From Actinomycetota bacterium (GTDB lineage Bacteria; Actinomycetota; UBA4738; HRBIN12), in NCBI GenBank assembly GCA_035550775.1, contig DASZOO010000248.1:124-64123 (forward strand): 64,000 nucleotides of DNA. Reading direction: 5' to 3'. This document shows positions 57,189 through 64,000 of this stretch, piece by piece (the stretch's first letter is position 1; the number at the start of each line of letters is the position of its first letter). The translations under genes were made by a program, and so were the position numbers. Below the pieces are notes generated by a model, which saw only the letters and a program-made list of their open reading frames with translations, was not told the DNA's origin and did no database searches.

Positions 57189-59339
57189 ATGGGCAGCCAC
57201 GACCACCGGCCGATGACCGAGTCGCCGGCGGACGACCGGCTGGGTCGAGACCGGCACGTCGAGGTCGAGGCCGATCCGCATGCCGGGCATGGGGCCGATC
57301 CGCACGCCGGGCATGGCTCGGACCGAGCCGCGCACCGAGGCCACGGTCGGCACGCGGGTCACAGCGTGGCGATGTTCCGGGGCCGCTTCTGGCTGAGCCT
57401 GCTGCTGAGCGTTCCGGTCTTGGTCTGGTCGGAGATGCTCCAGGACCTGCTCGGGTTCACGGCGCCGAGCGTGCCCGGCGATCGGTGGTTCCCGCTGGTG
57501 TTCGGCACGGCTGTATTCGTCTACGGGGGCGCTCCTTTCCTGGCGGGCGGCTGGAGCGAGCTGCGCGACCGAACGCCGGGCATGATGCTCCTGATCTCGC
57601 TCGCGATCACGGTGGCGTTCGCTTCGAGCCTCGCGAGCGAGGCCGACGTGCTCGACCTGGACTTCTGGTGGGAGCTCGTGCTCCTGATCGACGTGATGCT
57701 GCTCGGGCACTGGCAGGAGATGAGGGCCATCGGACAGGCGTCGAGCGCCCTCGACGCGCTCGCCGCGCTCCTGCCCGACATGGCCGAACGCGTCGAGGGC
57801 GCGGGCACCCGAGAGGTGGCCATCACCGACCTGCGCCCCGGTGATCTCGTGCTCGTCCGTCCGGGCGGGCGTGTGCCCGCCGACGGCACGGTCGACAGCG
57901 GCGAGGCCGAGTTCGACGAGTCGATGATCACCGGCGAGTCGCTGCCGGTGGCGCGGACGATCGGCGGCCAGGTGGTCGCCGGCACCGTCGCGACCGACTC
58001 CTCGGTCCGCATCCGGGTCGAGGCGGTCGGCGACGACACGGCGCTCGCCGGCATCCGGCGGCTCGTCGCCGACGCGCAGGCTTCCCGGTCGAGGGCGCAA
58101 GCGCTGGCCGACCGAGCCGCGGCCGTGCTGTTCTTCGTCGCGCTCGGAGCGGGCATCGTCACGTTGGTGGCATGGCTCGCCGTCGGCGACGCCGACCAGG
58201 CGCTCGAGAGCACCGTCACGGTGCTCGTGATCGCCTGTCCCCATGCGCTCGGACTCGCGATCCCTCTCGTGATCGCCTTGTCGACCGCCATGTCGGCCCG
58301 CAACGGCATCCTCGTGAAGGACCGGCTCGCCCTCGAGCGGATGCGCACCGTGGACGCCGTGCTGTTCGACAAGACGGGCACCCTGACCGAGGGCCGGCCG
58401 GCCGTACACGACGTCGCGTCGGTGCACGGCGACGACGACGCGGTGCTCCTGCTGGCCGCCGGCGTCGAGGCCGAGAGCGAGCATCCGCTCGGCCGCGCGA
58501 TCGTGGCGGCCGGGCGCGATCGGGGTGGCGTTCCAGACGCGTCGAGCTTCCGAACGATCGCCGGTCGCGGGGTGGAGGCCGAGATCGGCGGGCGGCCCGT
58601 CGCGGTCGGCGGCCCCGCGATGCTCGCCGAGCGCGGACTCTCGATGCCGCCGTCGATCCACGACCTGGTCGAGTCCTGGCGCGGACGCGGCGCCACGGTC
58701 CTGTCGGTCATCGACGGCGACGAGACGGCGGGGGCGATCGCGCTCGAGGACGCCGTGCGGCCCGAGTCACGAGCCGCGATCGACGCGCTGCACGCCGAGG
58801 ACGTGCGGGTCGTCATGATCACCGGCGACGCACGCCAGGTCGCTCAGGCGGTCGGCGACGAGCTCGGGGTCGACGAGATCATGGCCGAGGTGCTGCCGGA
58901 ACAGAAGGACTCGAGGGTCGCCGAGCTGCAGGCTCGCGGGCTGCGGGTCGCGATGGTCGGCGACGGCGTGAACGACGCACCGGCGTTGGCTCGGGCCGAC
59001 GTCGGCATCGCGATCGGCGCGGGCACCGACGTCGCGATCGAGTCCGCGGGCGTCGTGCTCGCGAGCGACGACCCTCGCGGCGTGCTCTCGGTCTGCCGGC
59101 TCTCCCGGGCGAGCTATCGGAAGATGGTGCAGAACCTGGCCTGGGCGACGGGGTACAACGTGCTGGCGATCCCGCTGGCCGCGGGAGCGCTCGCGTGGGC
59201 CGGGCTCGTGCTTCCCCCCGCGGTCGCGGCCGCGCTCATGAGCATGTCGACGATCGTGGTGGCCGCCAACGCGCAACTGCTCCGCCGGGTGGATCTGCGG
59301 CCGGACGTGGTCGCCCCGGCGCCTGTCGCAGGGACGTGA
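57189..59339 (+). CDS. P1B-type heavy-metal-translocating ATPase, CopB-like (CPH motif, His-rich N-terminus)
   Basis: His-rich N-terminus (DPHAGHGADPHAGHGSDRAAHRGHGRHAGH), TM CPH motif (ACPHALGLAIP), DKTGTLT, GDGVNDAP. Confidence 0.8.
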   Translation: MGSHDHRPMTESPADDRLGRDRHVEVEADPHAGHGADPHAGHGSDRAAHRGHGRHAGHSVAMFRGRFWLSLLLSVPVLVWSEMLQDLLGFTAPSVPGDRWFPLVFGTAVFVYGGAPFLAGGWSELRDRTPGMMLLISLAITVAFASSLASEADVLDLDFWWELVLLIDVMLLGHWQEMRAIGQASSALDALAALLPDMAERVEGAGTREVAITDLRPGDLVLVRPGGRVPADGTVDSGEAEFDESMITGESLPVARTIGGQVVAGTVATDSSVRIRVEAVGDDTALAGIRRLVADAQASRSRAQALADRAAAVLFFVALGAGIVTLVAWLAVGDADQALESTVTVLVIACPHALGLAIPLVIALSTAMSARNGILVKDRLALERMRTVDAVLFDKTGTLTEGRPAVHDVASVHGDDDAVLLLAAGVEAESEHPLGRAIVAAGRDRGGVPDASSFRTIAGRGVEAEIGGRPVAVGGPAMLAERGLSMPPSIHDLVESWRGRGATVLSVIDGDETAGAIALEDAVRPESRAAIDALHAEDVRVVMITGDARQVAQAVGDELGVDEIMAEVLPEQKDSRVAELQARGLRVAMVGDGVNDAPALARADVGIAIGAGTDVAIESAGVVLASDDPRGVLSVCRLSRASYRKMVQNLAWATGYNVLAIPLAAGALAWAGLVLPPAVAAALMSMSTIVVAANAQLLRRVDLRPDVVAPAPVAGT
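57270..57317. repeat. 2 x 24-nt tandem direct repeat encoding DPHAGHG(A/S) in the ATPase N-terminus
   Basis: gccgatccgcatgccgggcatggg / gccgatccgcacgccgggcatggc, read directly from the sequence. Confidence 0.7.
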
Positions 59340-59342
59340 GGC

Positions 59343-59660
59343 TCAGCGTCGCCCGGCGCGACGCCCCAGGAAGTACGCCGTCACGAACTGCAACGCCCCG
59401 AGCGCGAGGAACACGAGGTAGAGCCACCGATACTCAGCCGCGTCGTCGGTGAACGCCCGGCCCCTGGTGTCGGTGAGCGCGTACAGCGTGAATGCCGTGG
59501 CGAGGACGAACCACATGCCCGCGCGGCCGGTCACGAACAGGGCGTACAGCACCATGTCGGACGCCCGCGTGCTCTCGTAGGGGGTCCGCACCCAATGGAC
59601 GACCGAACGCAGCCCCAGCGCCGCGAACCCCGCCGCGGCGACGACCTCGAGGGCGTTCAC
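59343..59660 (-). CDS. small (about 105 aa) 3-TM membrane protein, hypothetical
   Basis: Hydrophobic helices (VVAAAGFAALGL, MVLYALFVTG...WFVLATAF, LYLVFLALGALQF). Possible GTG start overlapping the PRTase stop. Start uncertain. Confidence 0.3.
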   Translation of the reverse strand: MNALEVVAAAGFAALGLRSVVHWVRTPYESTRASDMVLYALFVTGRAGMWFVLATAFTLYALTDTRGRAFTDDAAEYRWLYLVFLALGALQFVTAYFLGRRAGRR

Positions 59661-60292
59661 CCGGCTTGTCCGCTGACTCGCAAGGCGTCCCGTACCTCGT
59701 CGTCGGTCGTCTGTTCGAAACGCTCGTACCACTGGCCCACCGCCCTGAGGTCCGCCGGGGTGGCCGGCACGACGCACCGGTCGCATTCGTTCGCCAGCCG
59801 GCGCTCGACGCCCGCCGGTCCGACCGGTGCCGCGAAGATCACCGGCGACGCGCCCTCGGCTCGTGCCCAGCGCAGGGCCGCGAGCGCCGTCACCCCCGTC
59901 GCCACCCCGTCGTCGACGACCACGGCCGTCACGCCGCGCAGATCCGGCGGCGGCCTCCCCTCTCGGTAGAGGGCCGTGCGTCGCCCGATCTCAGCCTCCT
60001 GGCGCCGAACCTCGGCCTCGATGTAGGCGTCGTCGACCCCGAGCATGTGCATGCTCGCCCTGTCGAGCACCCGCACCCCGGGGGCGACCGCGCCGATGCC
60101 CAGCTCGGGGTTGCCGGGCGCACCGATCTTCCTCGGGATCACCACGTCGAGCGGCGCGCCGAGCGCCTCGGCGACCTCGGCCGCGACGATCACCCCGCCG
60201 CGCGCGACCCCCAACACCACGACCGGCGGCTCGACGGTGCCCGCGAGCTCGGCCCCCAGCCTCCGTCCGGCGTCGACGCGATCCCTGAACAC
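59657..60292 (-). CDS. phosphoribosyltransferase-family protein
   Basis: PRPP-binding motif VTAVVVDDGVATGVT and type-I PRTase fold signature. Confidence 0.65.
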   Translation of the reverse strand: MFRDRVDAGRRLGAELAGTVEPPVVVLGVARGGVIVAAEVAEALGAPLDVVIPRKIGAPGNPELGIGAVAPGVRVLDRASMHMLGVDDAYIEAEVRRQEAEIGRRTALYREGRPPPDLRGVTAVVVDDGVATGVTALAALRWARAEGASPVIFAAPVGPAGVERRLANECDRCVVPATPADLRAVGQWYERFEQTTDDEVRDALRVSGQAG

Positions 60293-60307
60293 GGCGCCAG
60301 CATGCGC

Positions 60308-60337
60308 GTTGCACGCCTCACGCGTCCACGGCTAGCA
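60308..60337 (+). promoter_or_regulatory. candidate promoter TTGCAC - 18 nt - TAGCAT upstream of the RAM-domain gene
   Basis: Hexamers in the 74-nt divergent intergenic region. GGAAGGA Shine-Dalgarno and GTG start follow. Confidence 0.3.
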
Positions 60338-60366
60338 TCAGCTTCCCAACGAGCGGAAGGAACCCC

Positions 60367-60600
60367 GTGGTCCACGCGTACATCCTGATCCAGACCGAGG
60401 TGGGGAAGGCCGCCGCCGTCGCCGACGAGGTTCGGTCGATCGCCGGCGTCGCCGAGGCCGAGGACGTCACCGGCCCGTACGACGTGATCGTGCGAGCGGA
60501 GGCGAAGACCGTCGACGAGCTCGGCAAGCTGGTGGTGGCACGCATCCAGGCCGTGGAGGGCATCACCCGCACGCTGACCTGTCCGGTCGTGCACCTCTAG
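60367..60600 (+). CDS. stand-alone Lrp/AsnC-type RAM (ligand-binding) domain protein, 77 aa
   Basis: MVHAYILIQTEVGK...VTGPYDVIVRAEAKTVDEL...V ferredoxin-like RAM domain with no HTH. Confidence 0.6.
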   Translation: MVHAYILIQTEVGKAAAVADEVRSIAGVAEAEDVTGPYDVIVRAEAKTVDELGKLVVARIQAVEGITRTLTCPVVHL

Positions 60601-61745
60601 CGGATGCCCGGCCGTCCCTCCGACGGGGTCTCGAGCTCGGGGACGACCGTGAGCTTCTCGCGCTCGGCGTCGCGCCTCTCCGTCGCCAGGTCGATCAGCC
60701 GCTCGATCAGCTCGCCGTAGGTCAGCCCGCTCGCCTGCCACAGCTTGGGGTACATGCTGATCTCGGTGAATCCCGGGATCGTGTTGATCTCGTTGACGAA
60801 GACCTCCTCGCCCCGCAGGAAGAAGTCGACCCGGGCCATGCCCCAGCATTCGATCGCCTGGAACGCCGCGACGGACATGCGCTGCACACGGGCCTGGACG
60901 TCGGCGTCGATCCCGGCCGGCACGTCGAGGCGGGCGCCCCGCTCGTCGAGGTATTTCGATGCGTAGTCGTAGAACTCGTGGCCGGTCGGCACGACCTCGC
61001 CGCACACCGAGGCCACGGGGTCGTCGTTGCCGAGCACGGCGCACTCGATCTCGCGCACCCCTTCGAAGCCGTGCTCCACGACGACCTTGCGCGCGAAGCG
61101 GAACGCCTCGTCCATCGCGCGGTCGACCTCGCCGGGCTCGTGCACCTTCGAGATGCCGACCGAGGACCCCAGCGTGGCCGGCTTGACGAAGACGGGGAAC
61201 CCGAGCGCCGCGATCCTGGCGCTGACTCCCTCGGGATCCTCGCGCCACTCGGGCTCCCGCACCGGCTGCCACGGACCGACGGGCAATCCCGCCGCCGCGA
61301 ACAGCACCTTCTGGATCGCCTTGTCCATGCCGATCGCCGATCCCAGCACCCCCGCGCCGACGTAGGGCACGTCCGCGAGCTCGAACATGCCCTGCACGGC
61401 ACCGTCCTCCCCCATCGGGCCGTGCAGCACCGGCAGCACGACGTCGATCGGCGCGCGGCTTCCGTCGACCGCGACGAGCTCACGAGCGGCTCCCTCTCCG
61501 GCGAGCGCGACCCGCGCTCCCGCTCCGGCACCCGGCGTGACCTGGGGCATGCGTCCCGTCTCGGACGGGAGCGCCGGCGGGCCGCTCATCAGGTGCCACG
61601 TGCCGTCCTTCGTGATGCCGACCGGCACGACATCGAATCGAGCCGGGTCGAGCGCGTCGATCACGGACCGGGCCGAGATACAGCTGATCTCGTGCTCGGC
61701 GGAACGGCCCCCGAAGATGACGGCGATGCGACGCCGCCCGCTCAT
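60597..61745 (-). CDS. ddl: D-alanine--D-alanine ligase
   Basis: IAVIFGGRSAEHEISCISA, ATP-grasp motifs. Confidence 0.9.
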   Translation of the reverse strand: MSGRRRIAVIFGGRSAEHEISCISARSVIDALDPARFDVVPVGITKDGTWHLMSGPPALPSETGRMPQVTPGAGAGARVALAGEGAARELVAVDGSRAPIDVVLPVLHGPMGEDGAVQGMFELADVPYVGAGVLGSAIGMDKAIQKVLFAAAGLPVGPWQPVREPEWREDPEGVSARIAALGFPVFVKPATLGSSVGISKVHEPGEVDRAMDEAFRFARKVVVEHGFEGVREIECAVLGNDDPVASVCGEVVPTGHEFYDYASKYLDERGARLDVPAGIDADVQARVQRMSVAAFQAIECWGMARVDFFLRGEEVFVNEINTIPGFTEISMYPKLWQASGLTYGELIERLIDLATERRDAEREKLTVVPELETPSEGRPGIR

Positions 61746-62920
61746 ACCTTCCCCAACGCCCGCTCGACGTCGTCCACGATGTCCTCGATGTCCTCGATAC
61801 CCACGCTGACGCGCACCAGCCCGTCGGCGATGCCCGCGGCACGGCGCGCCTCGGGGTCCATCTGCCGGTGCGTCGTCGACGCCGCATGCCCCACCAAGGT
61901 GTGCGTCCCGCCCAGGCTCGTCGCCACCCAGGCGAGCTCGAGCGCGTCGCAGAACCGGCGGCCGCCCTCGACGCCCCCTGCGACCTCGATCGCCAGCATG
62001 CCTCCGAAGCCGCGTTCGAATTGCCTCACCGCGACCTCGTGCTGCGCATGCGACGTGAGGCCCGGGTAGCGCACGCGCTCGACCTTCGGATGCCCCTCGA
62101 TCGCGCCGGCGAGCGACATCGCGTTCGACGAGTGGCGCTCCATGCGAAGCCCCAGGGTCATGAGCCCCCGCAGGCAGAGCCAGGCCTCGAACGGCGCCAT
62201 CGTGCCGCCGGTGTCGATCGCGACATCGCGCAGACGCTCACGGCCCTCGACGCTCGTGCACACCACGCCGGCGATCAGATCGTGGTGGCCTCCGATGTAC
62301 TTCGTGGCGGAATGGCAGACGTAGTCGAACCCGTACCCTGACGGCGTGCACAGGTACGGGGAGGCGAACGTGTTGTCGACCGACGACGTCACACCCGCTT
62401 CTCGGCACGCCGCGCCCAGCGCCAACAGGTCGGCGACGGTCACGTTCGGGTTCGCGATCGTCTCGACGTGGAACAACGCCGCCCCCGGCAGGGCTCGCCG
62501 GACGGCGTCGACATCGTGCGGGTCGACGAGCGTCACCTCGACGCCGTTGCGCGGCAGCAGGTGGGTCGCGAGCGCATAGGTGCCTCCGTACAGCTCGTTG
62601 CTCATCACCACGCGGTCGCCGGCCCCGGCGTGCGCGGCGAGGACCGTGTGGATGCCGGCCATGCCCGAGGCGAACCCGAACGCGGACTCCGTGCCTTCGA
62701 GCGAGGCCATCTGCTGCTCGAGGGCCGCGACCGTCGGGTTCCCGTAGCCGCGCGTGTAGGTGTAGCCGGGCGTTCGGAACGCGATCGTCTCGGCGTACGC
62801 CTCGGAGTCCTCGAACCGGAACGTCGAGGTCTGGTACAGGGGCGTGCTGGGGGTCTGCTGGTCCACGTTCGGTGGGGCACCGTGGACCGCCCTCGTGGTG
62901 AACCCCCGCTCGCCGGCCAT
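61742..62920 (-). CDS. PLP-dependent Cys/Met-metabolism enzyme (cystathionine gamma-synthase / O-succinylhomoserine sulfhydrylase family)
   Basis: TRAVHG..., PLP-lysine SATKYIGGH. True start Met at MAGERGF. Confidence 0.8.
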   Translation of the reverse strand: MAGERGFTTRAVHGAPPNVDQQTPSTPLYQTSTFRFEDSEAYAETIAFRTPGYTYTRGYGNPTVAALEQQMASLEGTESAFGFASGMAGIHTVLAAHAGAGDRVVMSNELYGGTYALATHLLPRNGVEVTLVDPHDVDAVRRALPGAALFHVETIANPNVTVADLLALGAACREAGVTSSVDNTFASPYLCTPSGYGFDYVCHSATKYIGGHHDLIAGVVCTSVEGRERLRDVAIDTGGTMAPFEAWLCLRGLMTLGLRMERHSSNAMSLAGAIEGHPKVERVRYPGLTSHAQHEVAVRQFERGFGGMLAIEVAGGVEGGRRFCDALELAWVATSLGGTHTLVGHAASTTHRQMDPEARRAAGIADGLVRVSVGIEDIEDIVDDVERALGKV

Positions 62921-62930
62921 GGTGGGGAGC

Positions 62931-63572
62931 CTACCCGTCGCCGGCCCAGCGCTCGGGGTACGCCGACCGCAGGTCCTCCACCATCGTGGTGAGCACACGC
63001 ATCACGCCCTCGGTCAACGCGCGCAGCGTCTCGGCGTCCCCGGCCTCGCCACGGTGGCTCGAGAGATCGATCGCGGGACCGGCCCGCATCCACACGGGGC
63101 GCCCGAGCTTCAGACTGCCCTTGCCCGACTTCTGCCAGACCGCCTGCGAGCCCCAGCTCACCAACGGCGTGATCGGCACACCCGTCGTGAGGGAGAGCCG
63201 CACCGCGCCGGACTTCCCCTGCATCGGGAGGTGGTCGGGGCGCCTGGTCACGGTCCCCTCGGGGTAGATCACCACGACCTCCCCCATGTCGATCGCCCGC
63301 TCGGCCGCTGCGAGCGCCTGTCGCGCGTCGCCGGTGCCACGCACGACCGGGATCTGCCGCACCCCACGGAACACCGAACCCACGACCGGGATGCGGAAGA
63401 GGTCGTCTTTCGCGAGGAACCTCGGTCGTCGACCCGCCTTGCAGACGGCGGAGGCGATCGTGAGGGGATCGACGTAGGAGATGTGGTTGCAGGCGACGAT
63501 CGCCGGCCCCGTTTCGGGGATGTGTTCGAGGCCTTCGTATCGGAGGGTGAACCAGGCCCGGACCGGCTGCAC
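62931..63572 (-). CDS. plsC: 1-acyl-sn-glycerol-3-phosphate acyltransferase (LPLAT/PlsC family)
   Basis: NHxxxxD (CNHISYVD) and PEGT (IYPEGTV) motifs. Confidence 0.75.
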   Translation of the reverse strand: MQPVRAWFTLRYEGLEHIPETGPAIVACNHISYVDPLTIASAVCKAGRRPRFLAKDDLFRIPVVGSVFRGVRQIPVVRGTGDARQALAAAERAIDMGEVVVIYPEGTVTRRPDHLPMQGKSGAVRLSLTTGVPITPLVSWGSQAVWQKSGKGSLKLGRPVWMRAGPAIDLSSHRGEAGDAETLRALTEGVMRVLTTMVEDLRSAYPERWAGDG

Positions 63573-63764
63573 CGCGACGGCCTTGGCGACGTGGAACCAG
63601 GGCTCCAGACCTCACCCCTCCTCGAGGGGGTCTCGGCGCGGTGAGCACTCCCGTGCGATGGTCGGCACCTGCTCGGATCCCCTGATCGTCGTGCTCGGGC
63701 AGCCGAGAGCCTACCGCGGGCCCCGGGGGCAACGGCCGCCGAGACAGCCGCTAGGCTGCGACCC

Positions 63765-64000
63765 GTGCGCGTGATCGCCCTCCCAGTGAAGTCGCTCGCC
63801 GAGACGAAGTCGCGTCTGGACCCGGTGCTCTCTCCGCTCGAGCGCGGGGCGCTCACGCTCGCCATGTTCGAGGACGTGCTCGACGTCACCCTCGACGTGT
63901 CCGGATGGGAGACGTGGGTGGTCTCGCCGGACGAGGCCGTGCTCGAGATCGCGATGTCGCGCGGCGCGTATGCCGTCGAGGAGGAACGCCCCCCGCTCAC
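63765..64000 (+). CDS. 5' part of a 2-phospho-L-lactate guanylyltransferase-like gene (CofC/FbiD, MobA-like NTP-transferase), runs off the window
   Basis: GTG start. VRVIALPVKSLAETKSRLDPVLSPLERGALTLAMFEDVLDV resembles the CofC N-terminus. Confidence 0.45.
   Translation, partial: MRVIALPVKSLAETKSRLDPVLSPLERGALTLAMFEDVLDVTLDVSGWETWVVSPDEAVLEIAMSRGAYAVEEERPPL

Noticed and set aside
55608-58661. 1017-aa minus-strand ORF antisense to pckA and the P-type ATPase
   Set aside because: Arg/Asp/His-rich with no recognisable domains. The sense-strand genes have strong family motifs.

Overview
This 64 kb window has very high GC content, and every genuine reading frame has G/C in almost all third codon positions. 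It is a densely packed, conserved chromosomal core region of an actinobacterium. Gene order matches the Mycobacterium tuberculosis Rv2838c–Rv2927c neighbourhood and the equivalent Streptomyces region. On the minus strand it runs truB, nrnA, rbfA, DUF503, infB, ylxR, nusA, rimP, proS, then ispG, rseP, dxr, cdsA, frr, pyrH, tsf, rpsB, then xerC, dprA, comM, yraN, DUF2469, rnhB, lepB, rplS, trmD, rimM, a KH-domain protein, rpsP, ffh, ftsY, smc, acyP, fpg, rnc, rpmF, DUF177, coaD, rsmD, recG, and finally ddl, a cystathionine-gamma-synthase-like gene and plsC. Almost all of these conserved genes are on the minus strand. The plus-strand genes are the lineage-variable insertions. The insertions are: (1) at the left edge, a divergent pair of a UPF0104 (LPG-synthase-TM) flippase-like membrane protein and a degenerate-PAP2–kinase-like fusion; (2) trpE–trpG preceded by a candidate leaderless Trp-codon leader peptide and attenuator; (3) a group-II PLP decarboxylase between comM and yraN; (4) a minimal soluble histidine kinase convergently overlapping a single-domain response regulator in the ffh–ftsY interval; and (5) an island holding pncA, a TlpA-like lipoprotein, rpmB, a divergent ATP-type PEP-carboxykinase-like gene and a CopB-type (CPH motif, His-rich N-terminus) P1B ATPase. 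Several proteins carry acidic low-complexity extensions (NusA, S2, L19, S16, CdsA). Fpg appears to lack the canonical Pro2. I found no tRNA genes, rRNA genes, CRISPR arrays or transposases. Many long ORFs in the track are Arg/Pro/Gly-rich antisense or alternate-frame artefacts of the high GC content. I list them under rejected observations.
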